From Octopus bimaculoides (Eukaryota), in assembly GCF_001194135.2 (NCBI RefSeq), contig NC_068986.1, positions 4,975,424 through 5,022,996 on the forward strand: a stretch of DNA of 47,573 nt, read 5' to 3'. The notes below the pieces were generated by a model. The model was not told where the DNA came from. It worked only from the letters and a program-made list of their open reading frames with translations, and made no database searches. How positions within the stretch are numbered: position 1 is the first letter of the stretch; every line of letters starts with the position of its first letter. Position numbers and translations under genes: made by a program. Of the stretch, positions 1-12,227 are shown piece after piece.

Positions 1-38
<38 letters not shown>
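1..38. repeat. (CT)n microsatellite
   Basis: Directly visible. Confidence 0.95.
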
Positions 39-41
<3 letters not shown>

Positions 42-704
42 TTTTAAGATATCTCCACTTTGTCTGCACGAAATCAAACCTAATATATTCATGGAATGAC
101 TTATCAAAACAAATGACCAACAGCCGAGAAGGCAAAATTAATAAAGCTTATCTAATGATTAACTTTGCTTCTAATTCAGGAAAGCTGTCTGTTTTAGTGA
201 TATAAAAATAGACAGAAAAGTGTCACCTTTAAAACTATCTTAATTAGATTCTATTATTTGGTGTGAACTGGAAACAAAAATAATTGAATAACCTAAAGTC
301 TCGGACTAATAGCTCGTGTGTGGTTTACACATACCTTCTATACTGGGTCTATCATCATACTTTATTTTATCAGGAAATTCCATTTTATTTGCTTTTGATA
401 ATCAGTTTCCAAACTTTACTATCATAACCCATGGCGGCAAATTACTAATTCTTCATGAATTGCTACTCCCCCAACCACCACCATTTAAAAAAACAAAAGA
501 CAATTTTTCCAAAAATGGAATGCACTTTACATTTGATAACATTCCTTGCTTTCTAATTTCTCCAGTTTTATTTTCAGGAAATAACCTGGGGTATATACAC
601 ACGCAAACACGCACATATAGCTGTAAGTACATACACATGTATGAATGAATATATGTTAGTGTGCGCGTGTGTGTGTGTGTGTGCATGTATGTATGTATTT
701 GTAT

Positions 705-805
705 ATCATCATCATCGTTTAACGTCCGCTTTCCATGCTAGCATGGGTTGGACGATTTGACTGAGGACTGGTGAAACCGGATGGAAACACCAGGCTCCAA
801 TCTAA
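705..805 (-). mobile_element. Truncated SINE-like repeat with (GAT)n / RTE-type tail (family E)
   Basis: catcatcatcgtttaacgtccgctttccatgctagcatgggttggacg... is near-identical to 6610-6708. Strand inferred from the (GAT)n tail. Confidence 0.85.
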
Positions 806-847
806 TTATGTATATGTATGTATGTACGTATGCATATATATATATCT

Positions 848-1195
<348 letters not shown>

Positions 1196-1412
1196 AATTT
1201 ATATACACAATTTCATTCCCCTCTTCAATTTCTTACCAAACCCTATTTCTCTCTGACTCTGACGCTGAAAACAAACACCAACGGCGACAGCAGCAACAAC
1301 AGCAGTCACCAGTCAAATTTCACACATGTATGTGTGTGTGTGTATATAAATATATATATATATATATAGGTCAGTAAATAGTGGGGTTGTGTTATATATA
1401 TATATATATATA

Positions 1413-1765
1413 CACACTGAATCGTGGCAAGGTATGGACGGTTTTCGGAGGACCGAAGAAATTATGTGTAAATGGAGAATTATACGAGGTACAGTACTAT
1501 ACAAAATACCGAAAGGATCTTCACCTCTTATATTACACCTTTCTTCCTCCTTTAACGCCGATGTGATGTAATTTCCTGGGAGAGAAATACTTTTGCGGCT
1601 GAAGATAGCTTTGTATTGTAAATTATACACTGATATAAAGCTTGAAACACGTGTACCGCAGATTCCTTTGTATTTTTGGTGTTATTTTTGGGATTTACAA
1701 TTTATTCTTTCACCTCAACCACGAGCTGGCATACACAGGTGCTTACAATTGTCAAGTATTACCTC
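1413..1765 (+). mobile_element. About 350-bp CpG-retaining hammerhead-bearing element between (TA)n tracts (Penelope-like or retrozyme-like)
   Basis: CpG density above background, (TA)n on both sides, contains the hammerhead at 1594-1660. Class assignment is inference. Confidence 0.55.
1594..1660 (+). ncRNA. Type I hammerhead ribozyme, apparently intact atypical variant
   Basis: Stem I TGCGG (1594-98) / CCGCA (1656-60); core CTGAAGA (1599-1605); 10-bp stem II AGCTTTGTAT/ATATAAAGCT closed by U.U at 10.1-11.1; GAAA (1644-47); palindromic stem III ACACGTGT (1647-54); GUA cleavage triplet, predicted cut after 1655. Confidence 0.8.
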
Positions 1766-1821
1766 TATATATATATTTATATATATATATATATATATAT
1801 ATACATACACACATATATATA

Positions 1822-1912
<91 letters not shown>
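1766..1912. repeat. (TA)n/(TG)n microsatellite
   Basis: Directly visible. Confidence 0.95.
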
Positions 1913-1915
<3 letters not shown>

Positions 1916-1924
1916 CGAAGATGA

Positions 1925-2107
1925 TGGCTGCCCACTAATGACTAAGGAAGACCATTACAGACCATTGCCCATACAAAATGCCACCAATGCCCATGCATGA
2001 GGTTATTGCATCAGTAGTCAGCTTCATCTGGGTTCACAGCCACAGCTCCCTCTTACTCAACCGGGTATCTGATTGTTGCTTCATCAGTGATTGCACAGCC
2101 TAAAATT
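1925..2107. mobile_element. Unclassified interspersed repeat, copy 1
   Basis: Shares atgac.aaggaagacca...gcccatgcatgaggttatt.catcag.agtcagcttca...tgcacagcctaaaat with 42563-42770. Confidence 0.7.
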
Positions 2108-2109
2108 TT

Positions 2110-2455
2110 AGGTCCAATAAGGTTTGCACAACACTTCACAGACCCTCTCTACTCTAATGACATGATCCAGAAACATACCATAGCAAGATATCCACTGCCA
2201 ATATGTCTCACATGATTTCAAGGGCAAACAAAAGATCCCCAAAATGTTTACTGTCATTCCCTGACCATCTAGTTTTATATCAGAGTGACCTTCTGTTAAG
2301 AGACATGATTTAACAAAAGCCAAGGAGTGCTCACTCCCAGTGGTCTTCCAGTGCATCAGACACCAACCTAGAATCTCTGAGGGCCAGTTGTATTGCTAGA
2401 TAATTGTTGAAGGTACACTAAGATCATCTGTCTTTTTATGAAGTCTTGTTTTTTT
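2110..2455 (-). mobile_element. Possible highly decayed RTE-type LINE 3' fragment
   Basis: Weak by-eye resemblance to the RTE C-terminus; many stops. Confidence 0.25.
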
Positions 2456-3271
2456 CCAACTGAATTTCTATTAAGCCTCTTCACTAGATAAGCCAAGTGG
2501 ACGTTCCAGTTTAATCACCAATAACCCAACCATGCAACAGGGTTCCATGTTACTAATATTTGTGAAATATCTCACAAATGACCTGACACAAAATTTATGT
2601 ATACTTATATACATACACACGCATAAGTGTATATTTATATCTATGCTCGCGAGATTTAATCTTGAGCAGGTAGAGGAGTAAATGTAAGGATGAGCAAGTT
2701 AGGCAAGTCGATATACAAAAAAATATTGAATACATTTAATACTAGCATACACAGAATAGAAATGATATCAGGAATTAAAGGAGATGAATAAGAGTTTTAC
2801 AAGTCCTATCATCGGATAATACCAGCCTCCATCTTCAGGGAAGAATTTTATGCTTGAGGGTTTAAGGTGTTGACAGAAAGGAGATTAAAGATGGAATGTG
2901 TGTGTGTGTGAGTGTGTGTTTGTAGTATGCTTGTATCTCCTTGTCTTGCCATAACTAATAGTTGTGATTTTCATATGTTGTTGATTTCTCATATTCTGTG
3001 AAAACCTACCTGGCCATAGGAAATATTACTTTGCATGGAAACAGATGAGGGTTGGTGACAGGAAAAACATCTGGCCATAGAAAATCTGCCACAGAGGTAT
3101 GGAAAGTGAACATTAAAACACTGATGATGATAAGTGATGATTCCTCAGCTATTGTTTTGTGCTGTGACCATCATGCCTCATCAAAGTTTTTGTGTAACAT
3201 ATCCATGAATATTTTACATTTTATCAAATATTTTAAAAGTAAAAAATTTACCTGTGCAATCCTTTCAGAAT

Positions 3272-4122
3272 TACATGGTGTTTGGGATAAATTTCACAAT
3301 ATTTATTTTCACTTTTTTCAGGAACAGCTCAATGTTAATGGCGTTGGAGAGCATAAATATTAAAGGTGTCATTGAGAAAAAGTTAGCTGAGATAGAGGAC
3401 TGGAAACTATCTCGATATTGGAAAAGAGTTACCTGCATCATTATGATTCATGTCAAAATGATGACATCATGACTGCTGCTCAATGCTCCATGAACATCGT
3501 AAAGGTTGTAAGACATGACATGGACAGCTGCAACAGAGACTACAAAGCCGAGGTCAGCAGGAAGGGACAGAGTGAATGTTCTGGCTATGTCCTCATGACA
3601 GAATTCATCCAACATCTTTGAACAGAGCCTTAATTCAGACAGCTATGTGAAGCTGTTGGGACTACCTGCAGAGGTAGGTAGGCCAAATATGTGGCAGCAG
3701 GATTTGGCCTCTTGCCATACTTTTGGAAAGAGTAAGAAGTGGTTGTTGAAGAATTTCTATGACTTCACCAGCCCCAATTTCTGATCCTCCAGTTAACTTG
3801 ACTGTAATCCCATGGATTACTATGAACACAGTTGAGTAAGATATCAATCACTCTACCAGCAAGAAACACCAAAGCTGAGCTGATGACCAAAATCAAGGAG
3901 GTTTGAAGATCTTCCCAGGGACACAGTGAGGAATGCGTGCCAAGTTCCAGAGCTGTTTTGAGACCATAGTGGAAGTTTATAGTGGTTACTTTAAGTAAGC
4001 TGTTATCTTCTAGCCATAATCTAGTTGATATTTTTGATTTTTTAAAAATACTTTTATTTTCAGATAGGATATTTTCTTTATCCTTTTATGAAAACTGTCA
4101 AATTTATCACAAACATCCTATG
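3272..4122 (+). mobile_element. Internally deleted Tc1/mariner (DD37D/maT-like) relic with degenerate ~29-bp TIRs
   Basis: Left TAcatggtgtttgggataaatttcacaat matches the reverse complement of right actgtcaaatttatcacaaacatcctatg. Decayed C-terminal transposase YVWQQDLASCHT..KKWLLKNFYDFTSPNF...DCNPMDYY...LPRDTVRNACAKFQSCFETIVEVYSGYFK* (about 3687-3997, frameshifted). Confidence 0.8.
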
Positions 4123-4525
4123 TTTTATTGTGTCTGGAGAGAGTCATTCTCTTCTAGTGCCTTATTATTTAACACACTCACAGGTTCAATTTCCACTCAT
4201 TTACTTATTTATTTTTCCTAAAATTTTGCTGCATCTTGCAACCTTTTCAATAGTCATTGACTCTGTCCAGTATTTGAACTGTGTTCTTTTTGTTTGTTTT
4301 TTGCACATGTCTATTGTAATTCCCAAATTTGTGTGCATGTATATTGTAACTTCCAAACTGAGAACTGTTGCTTTAGATTATGTCACTGAAAGGAATAAGC
4401 AAGAATTTGTTTCTAAATCTTACCATATTGTTTCTATTACTATAACAATAAATATAAAAACTCATGGAAACAATATGTGCATTAAGGCAATATGACACTC
4501 AGAGAGAAAGATCTTTCTCATCTCG

Positions 4526-4740
4526 TTAACCCTTTTGTTACTATATTTCTATTGAAATAAATTACCTTCATTTCAGTTAATTTTTTAAATAATGAAGAAT
4601 TTAGTAAAATAACTTTGCCATTATTAAGTTAGTGTTTGAAACATAAAGTAATATGAAATTTTGATGGAAGTCTTTAATTTAGACCGTTTTAAAACAGAAA
4701 GTTTGCATTATAGAACCAGGATGGCCATGGGCATTAATTA
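4526..4740 (-). mobile_element. piggyBac-type MITE, partial, inverted relative to 12825 and 27096
   Basis: Starts TTAA-cccttttgttac; interior is the reverse complement of 12825-13053. Confidence 0.7.
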
Positions 4741-4814
4741 AACAATTTTGTACAATAGTAGCTTTACCTCTCAACTACTGTGCCCTATATTCATAATTTT
4801 TGTTTAATAAATAA

Positions 4815-4972
4815 GCATGGCTATGTGGTTAAAAAGCTCACTTTGAAATCACATACTTTTGGGTTCAATCCTGTCGTATAGCACTTTGAACAAGTATCTT
4901 ACACTATATCCGAGGGGCCAACCAGTGCCTATGGAGTAAATTTGATTGATGAAAATCATGTGGAAGCCTGTT
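4815..4972 (+). mobile_element. tRNA-derived SINE head (family A), followed by (TACA)n(CA)n to 5087
   Basis: ggctatgtggttaaaaagc (A-box-like), gggttcaatcc (B-box-like); homologous to 46327-46490. Confidence 0.8.
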
Positions 4973-5044
4973 ATACATACATACATACATACATACATAC
5001 ATACATACATACATACATACACACACACAAACACACACACGCAC

Positions 5045-5088
<44 letters not shown>

Positions 5089-5106
5089 CGGCCACTAAGG
5101 AAATTA

Positions 5107-5556
5107 TCTCCTTTGTCAGTCATTAAGACAGTGCATTTGTGGCTATTGAGTCGTTTTGACTGTTATTTCTAGTAATGCCGGTACCACTTAGTATCCTTTG
5201 TCACTTTCGTGATGTCTATAAATTTGCATTTAGGTTGTTAAATTGCTAATAAGCCACCCAATTTATTTATAGTTTCCACTTTAACCGTTTTTGAAATCAG
5301 TGTAAGGGTTCAACTGTTTTCATATAAGCTGACAAAATGAGTTGAGTTTAACGTTAGGCACGGTAAGAGCCACTGAGAATCATGATGTTCTGTATCAAAA
5401 TTCGAAATCACCATTGATCTGGCTATGTCTGCGAGGGAGCTTGTCTCCCTTGTCAGTCATTAAGACAGTGCATTTGTAGCTATTGAGTCGTTTGACTCTT
5501 ATTTCTTGCAATGCCAGTATCATTTAGTACCCTCTGTCACTGTAATAACGTCTATA
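5107..5556 (+). mobile_element. Partial tandem repeat (period 337 bp, about 1.3 units) containing a hammerhead; retrozyme-like or pLTR-like
   Basis: 5107-5220 is repeated at 5444-5556 (tgtcagtcattaagacagtgcatttgt at 5114 and 5451), with the hammerhead motif between them. Confidence 0.6.
5368..5424 (+). ncRNA. Decayed type I hammerhead (3-nt deletion in core)
   Basis: Stem I AGCCA/TGGCT; CTGA with NGA missing; stem II GAAT..TGAT/ATCA..ATTC with G10.1-C11.1; GAAA (5404-07); stem III ATCA-ccat-TGAT; AUC site, cut after 5419. Confidence 0.65.
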
Positions 5557-5949
5557 TATGGTAGTGTGAAATGGAGACACTTACACACTTGGTAACTACT
5601 AGCCTTCTATAAAAAAAATTTATCTGGTAGTGGGCTTCCACACAGTTTCCATTTACCAAATTCCACTTCCATATTACTGGTCAACTCAAGGCTATAGTAG
5701 AAGACTTATCAAAATTGGTATATTGGTATCAAATCAAGACCCAATCTTAACTACACAGTTATGCTTATGCCTTCAAATTTGTAAGACGACATAGTGTTAG
5801 TTGAATTATCTCAGTTAAAGTAAGAGTGATAGCAAAATCAGCCCCTTCCAGATTTGTACTCAAAAATGCAAACATGGAAGTTAAAGAAAACAGCTTTCGT
5901 CATCAGTACAGAAATACTTCAGTTCTCAATAACTGCATTAACCACTAAC

Positions 5950-6055
5950 CCTCGACAAAGGGGAGACCCACAATGGAATACTGTCCCCTGTTGCTGCTAC
6001 ATGCACAGATAACTTAGAAAACATCCAAAGGAAGGTTATCTGTTTGATTGGCATT
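5950..6055 (+). mobile_element. CR1/L2/Jockey-group LINE 3' scrap
   Basis: RPTMEYC... and LENIQRKVICLIG resemble the RP.LEYC...LE.IQRRA.R.I motif C-terminal to the RT domain. Confidence 0.5.
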
Positions 6056-6587
6056 GTTAATCAATCAGTTAGCCATTATTGCATTTTCAACTCCAATACT
6101 GAAACATTATGTATCTTCAGTTAAACAAATATATAGACATTTCTTGTTTGAAATAAAAAGCTTTTTACTTTTGGTTTCTTTTAATATTTGGTATATTTGA
6201 AAGAGAGTTAATTTGAAGTAAACAATTCTTCAAACTTAGGCTATAATCAGCAATTGATTCTCCTTTGAAATTATTTTTTTAAGGTGAGATGAAGGAATAT
6301 CTAGAATTTCTCTGTATGTTTAGATATTTTTATGGAATTTTTTTGTGGCTGTTATGATCCTAGTTAAATCCTGTCCAATCAAATATCTATGAGGTGAATG
6401 ATGAAACATTTGAGAAAAAATTGAACTAACATTAGTTTCTGTTTCATTCCAAGACATTACCATTTTACTTAGATATTTGTTGCATATTGTAGTTTTTCTG
6501 ATTTACAACTTTTAGCATATGGTCTTCATTTTATCAAAGGAAATTTATTGAGAAACATTTAACAGCTAATTCAACTACACAAGTAAC

Positions 6588-6620
<33 letters not shown>

Positions 6621-7059
6621 GTTTAATGTCCGCTTTCCATGCTAGCATGGGTTGGACGACTTGACTGAGGACTGGTGAAACCGGATGGCAACACCAGGCT
6701 CCAATCTAAATTTGGCAGAGTTTCTACAGCTGGATGCCCTTCCTAATGCCAACCACTCAGAGAGTGTAGTAGGTGCTTTTACGTGTCACCTGCACGAAGG
6801 CCAGTCAGGCGATACTGGCAACGGCCACGCTCGAAATGGTGTCTTTTATGTGCCACCCGCACAAGCCAGTCCAGGGGCACTGGCAACGATCTCGCTCGAA
6901 AATCCTACGGAAGCCAGTCAGGCGGTACTGGCAACGGCCACGCTCAAAATGGTGCATCTCATGTGCCACCCGCACAAGAGCCAGTCCAGGGGCACTGGCA
7001 ACAATCTCACTTGGCTTGCCGGGTCTTCTCACGCACAGCACATTTCCAAAGGTCTCGGT
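6588..7059 (-). mobile_element. Family E SINE-like repeat with (GAT)n tail and an internal 113-bp duplication; interrupted by a MITE
   Basis: gccagtcaggcg at 6800 and 6913; homologous to 24280-24580. Confidence 0.85.
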
Positions 7060-7467
7060 AAATTTCATTTTAGAAGTGTTTTGTAGAGCAGGCAAGCACT
7101 GTTGGCTTAAAGTAAGTTCTCAATGAGCCATATTTACAGTCAAGTTCAAATAACAGTTGTAAGTTTTCCTTTATGCCCTTGAGAAAGGGATACATGTTAT
7201 GCAGCTTTAGTCACTTTTCCTACCGTTCATGAATGTGAAACCTTGCCAAAACACATTAGCTGAGCCAGAGGAGGAAAGGCAGAGTTCATGATGTTTTTTA
7301 GGTCCACTGAGATTAGTGGAAAGAAGGGAGGAAGTTATCCTCAGTTTGGAGACCAGGTTAAAAGGCATGCAGTGAACTTTGCTAAAGGCACACGAGTTCT
7401 CACTGAGAACTTACCTTAAGCCAACAGTGTTTGCCTGCTTTATAAAACATTTCTAAAATAAAGTTTA
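7059..7467. mobile_element. MITE with ~67-bp TIRs and a probable TA target-site duplication
   Basis: 7061-7127 aatttcattttagaagtgttttgtagagcaggcaagcactgttggcttaaagtaagttctcaatgag pairs with 7399-7465; TA at 7059-60 and 7466-67. Confidence 0.8.
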
Positions 7468-7859
7468 CATTTATGAAGTTGCTTGTGTAGTTGATTTAGC
7501 AGTTAAATGTTTCTCAACAAATTTCCTTTGATAAAATGAAGACCATATGCTAACATTGTAAATCAGAGAAACTACAATATGCAACAAAAGTCTTAGTAAA
7601 ATGATAATGTCTTGGAGTGAAACAGAAACTTAATGTTAGTTTCATTTTCTCTTAAATATTTCATCAATCACCTCATATCATATATTTGATTGGACAGGAC
7701 TTATGGTGGTGTTAAACAAGTTAATAGATTAAATCTATCTCTTCACCACGAACAAGAATGGTCCTTAGACAGGCTCCTATTCAGTTTCTATCTATAATAT
7801 TTAGTCAATCTGAAGCTACATTAGAAGATACTTGCCCAAAGTGCTATAAAAAAAAGCAA

Positions 7860-8105
7860 AGTAAAGTTTTATTCTCGAGTCATACTAACTCATAACAGCC
7901 AGTTTCCATGGCATATATAGTCCCCATCTGGATGGGACGCCAGTCCATCACAGGATTACCCATTCTTACCAGATGAGTGAACTGGAGCAATGTGAAATGA
8001 AGTGTTTTGCTCAATGACACACTGCATCACCCAATCCAGGAACTGAAACCACAATCTTACAATCATGAGTCCAACACCCTAACCACTAAGCCATGTGCCT
8101 CCACC
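7860..8105 (-). mobile_element. tRNA-derived SINE (family C)
   Basis: actggagcaatgtgaaatgaagtgttttgctcaa...accactaagcc; reverse of 12228-12482, similar to 37835-38062. Confidence 0.8.
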
Positions 8106-9825
8106 CAGGCTGGTATGCAATGGGAGCAAACCAAAAACCACATAATTGTGAAGCTAACTTCTAAACCACACAGTCAGACTTTATACATATATGTGTCCAA
8201 ATAGTTTAACTGACATCTCCAAAATACCATTTCAATGTCAAAATAAGTAGAGACAGGATAAAATATAAAATTAAATGGATTATTCCTTAATTTAGAATTT
8301 TTATCTGAAAATGTATTTGATCTTCCACTAATACAACTCCAACTAATAGATGGCTAAGAAGTGTTGGAATGGCACTAAATTAGAATTACAGAGACATTTC
8401 AAAGAGACTCTTTAGGTTTGCTTAAAAGTTCATTTAAATGATACAAAACTCAATCTTCTTTTTAAAATGGATTAAATTACTTAAAGTTAATTTTGTAGAA
8501 TATTCTTAGATAAAATCTTACATACCAAGCTTCTGTCCAATTACACACCTGGAGTTCTTATAGTGCAGAAGGACAGAACAGAAAGATTATGTAGATTGTT
8601 ATGGTTAATATGGTTCTAGAAAAAAAATAAAGATGTTGCAAGAATACAAAGAATGGCAGGGAGCTCTATGATTACCAGTTTTAGAAGGAAAATTACAATT
8701 AATGTTTGAGGCAGATTTTAAGAAGTAAACAATGTCAGGAAAATAAGTGAAGAAACAAAGATAGATTTGAGAAGTGAGCTAAGTGAATGAGTTTTAAAGA
8801 ATAGAAGCAAGTCTAAATAATAGATTCTGCAAATCTTTTACTTCAACTGAATGGACATTAAAGAATAGAGCAATCTCTAATCTTTCACAATACCGGATAA
8901 TTTAATAATAGTTCCTACAAATGGCTGTTTTAATCATATTGCAGCGCATCACAGCCAATCTTTCAACTGAACCAAGGAAACTATGTTTCCATTAGTCTTT
9001 CAATTGCTGATACTATCTGTTGATCACAACTTCTGTTAGAAGTTTCATCGTGTTTTCTGGTGACAAAAAAAAAACAAAAAAAAACAGAATTTGAACACAG
9101 AAAGCACAGAGCTTCACAGAGCTTTCTGTTTGATACTCTATCAGTTCTACCAATTCACTGTTCTGGACTAATATTTTATTTATCAAATCCAAAAGTATGA
9201 AAGGCAAAGATGTCCTAGGTGTGATTTGACAGCAGAGCACAAAAAATTTTAATACAAGTAGAAAAAATGTGAAACTAATCCACATTTAATAAAAAAAATG
9301 GTTTTTGGTAGCATTCAGGTTGTGTTAAAAGTAAGACTGGATAAAGAAACTTGCTTTGAGATGAGTGACTGTCTAGTCAGCAGAATGTTTGTAACATATT
9401 CTTGAAGAGATCATTCAGAATTTCAAAATTGCTTGTAATAGGAAACTCATTTATGATGACCAGCTGGGCTTCATTGCAGGATGAACCTAAAGAACTTCAG
9501 ATAACTTTGAAAAGATTTAGAAGCCATGGAAAAATTAATCTTCTACCATAACCTCAAAATGACCAATATCTTAGGAGTGGAATTTTATAGATTAAAAACT
9601 GTACTGAAGTCCATTATAAATACAGTGAAATAAGTGATCCATCTTTAGAAAATCTGTTCACAAATTGAGACATTAAATAATTAATTAAATAAATAAATAA
9701 GAAGCAGAGAACACATTATCGCACTAACATCATAGAAGGACTATTGGTTGTTATGTTGGACAGGAATAAACAGGGATTCAATATGTAATCAATGCAGATA
9801 ATAAATACAAAATTGTGTGTGTGTG

Positions 9826-10070
9826 TGTGTCTGTGTCTTTATGTTTGTGCTCGTCCCATATCATTGCTTGACAACTGGTGTTGGTTTGTTCCCATCCCTG
9901 TAACTTAGCAGTTTGATAAATAAGAGAGAGAGAAAGAGGGAATAAGCACCAGACTTTGAAAAATAAGTATTGGGGTTGATTTGTTTGACTAAACCCTTCA
10001 AGTCAGTTTCCCAGTATGGCCACAGTCCAATAACTAAAACAATTAAAACAAGTAAAAGGTGAAAGGTTGT
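9826..10070 (+). mobile_element. SINE 3' body (family D)
   Basis: gcttgacaactggtgttggtttgtt...taacttagcagtt...ccagtatggccacagtc; similar to 21630-21830 and 42862-43052. Confidence 0.8.
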
Positions 10071-10480
10071 AGGCAAAAGGGAGGGGTCCATCAGAAAATT
10101 AGCTACAAGCTACAATATTAGGAGACGGTGCATGACGAATGATGTTTAATGAATGGTGTTTAACTCACAATCATAAAGTCATAAGTTCAATTTCTCAACC
10201 AGGCAGAACATTGAGTTCTTGAGCAAGGACCCAGTGCTTACATTCAATTATACCTCTTCCTTTCTCCCTCCAGTGGTCATATCTTGGATGTGCTATTGAG
10301 TCAACTATGAGAAGGCTGAGAAGGTATCTATGTTTATTCATGACCATATAAACACCTAAAGCAATTAGCAAAAGTATAGTACATGCTACCAACCCATACA
10401 TAATGATGAGTAACAGTTGACTGTACAATAACCAATTCATTCGATGTATTAATGTTGCTAATATTAGGAACAAATGTAAG

Positions 10481-11330
10481 ACGGCAGGCTGGCAGAATCG
10501 TTAGCATGCCAGGCAAAATACTTAGCGGTATTTCATCTGTCTTTGTGTTCTGAGTTCAAATTCCGCTGAGGTCAACTTTGCCTTTCCTCCTTTCAGGATC
10601 GATAAATTAAGTACCAGTTGTGTACTGTGGTCGATCTAATCAACTGGCCCCCTTCCCCCAAATTTCAGGCCTTGTGCCTAAAGTAGAAAGGAAAAGAATT
10701 GTTAGCACACCGGACAAAATTCTTAGCAACATTTTCTCTCTCTGCACGTTTTGGGTTCAAATTCCAACGAGGTCAACTTTGCCTTTCATCCTTTCAGAAG
10801 TCAATAAATTAAGTACCAGTTGAACACTGGGGTCGATGTAATTGACTAACGCCCTCCCTCAAAATTCCTGACCTGGTGCCAAAATTTAAAGCCAATATTA
10901 TGAACAACCTTAAGGCAAGAAACTAGCGGAATTGTTAGCATGCAGGACTAGACACTTAGTGGCATGTCATCTATCTTTACCTTCTGGGTTCAAATTCCAT
11001 TGAGGCTAACTTTGCCTTTCCTTTTTTCAGGGTCAATAGAAAAAGTACTAGTTGAACACTGGGGCCAATGTAATCAACTTACCCCTCCTTGAGATCACAG
11101 GCCTTGTGCCAAAATTTAAAGCCAATATTATAAACAACCTTAAGGCAACAAACCGGGAGAATCATTAGCATGCTGGATTAGATGCTTAATGGAATTTTGT
11201 CCATCTTTATGTTCTGAGTTCAAATTCTACCGAGGTTAACTTTGCCTTTCATCTTTTCAGGATCAATAGATGTAATTGACTTACCATTTCCCCCAAAATT
11301 GCTGGCCTTGTACCAAAATTTGAAGCCATA
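10481..11330 (+). mobile_element. Four head-to-tail copies of a tRNA-derived SINE (family B)
   Basis: Repeated gttagcatgc...gagttcaaattcc...aactttgcctttcatcctttc...gccttgtgcc units starting near 10481, 10700, 10912 and 11142. Confidence 0.85.
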
Positions 11331-12227
11331 AATATCAAAAACTTTGGTATCAGCTATCGATTTCTCAGATTACTCAGTAAACATGATCTGTTAAGTTAAT
11401 GCTATAATTAATCCTAGAAATTGATATAATTATTGTAGGATGTTATTTTATATGGAAATTTGGCTACAATTGCTATCATGTCAAGTAACCATGCAGATTA
11501 CCTCCTATTTCATTCAATAGATCTTGTGAATGGGATAGGGTATAAGTCTAGCACTTCTACATAGTAGTTAGCAATAACCTGTTCATTTAATCATAGAATA
11601 TGACTTTAGAGAAGTGAGACTTTATGGCAATTCTTTATCAATGTTGATATTGAATAAATACAATATTGGGTAGTTATTTAGTATACAATGGTAGATGGGT
11701 TGCTTAGTGTAAATAGTAGACTGGGCAGTTTAGTAAAAGTGTGATAGGAGTGATGGTCCAAAGTCTGCCTTTGAGTTCCCTTCATTCTTCCACCTTCCCT
11801 TTCTTGGTTTGTAATTTTCCTGCCAGACAATACTTTTGTATCATATGCTGATGGGATTCATTTTGATCCATATTCCAGTAACACATTTGCACCACAAGGC
11901 TTAGTTATATCTTTCACTCTCTTCTTCCTGTACATTAGGGGTATACACGTTCTCATTTCTAGCTGCACTCATTTCTATGCAGATGATACTTCTGTTGTGT
12001 AATGAAAGATAACACATTCATTACACAAGTATTATCCACATACAGTCTAAACATCTCATACCAGACGTGCAATGCTTCCATGAACAGAGACTTTAAATAT
12101 TGTAAACATTCTTTAATAGCAGCATGACAGCTTGGTCTTCTTCAACAGCATCAAGGCAACACCACTGCATATAATAAAGAAACAGACTTAACTTACACTC
12201 ACTCTGTGAATGTTTGACCTTTTAGCA

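Noticed and set aside
316-648. 110-aa ORF as a gene
   Set aside because: Non-canonical start, low-complexity AT-rich composition, no recognisable domain, and it runs into microsatellite.
755-790. CTGAGGA-ctggt-GAAAC (also at about 6660-6690) as a hammerhead
   Set aside because: No stem II pairing, no NUH site after stem III, and no stem I.
2790-2845. Minus-strand CTGAAGA in a possible PLE-like remnant
   Set aside because: No GAAA in register and no stem I complement.
5885-5910. Minus-strand CTGATGA-C-GAAA-GCTG
   Set aside because: No stem II, G at position 17, and no stem I.
6685-7126. 133-aa and 117-aa ORFs as genes
   Set aside because: They lie wholly within a SINE-like repeat with an internal 113-bp duplication.
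11760-12170. Minus-strand RTE LINE remnant
   Set aside because: Resemblance is too weak to support by eye.
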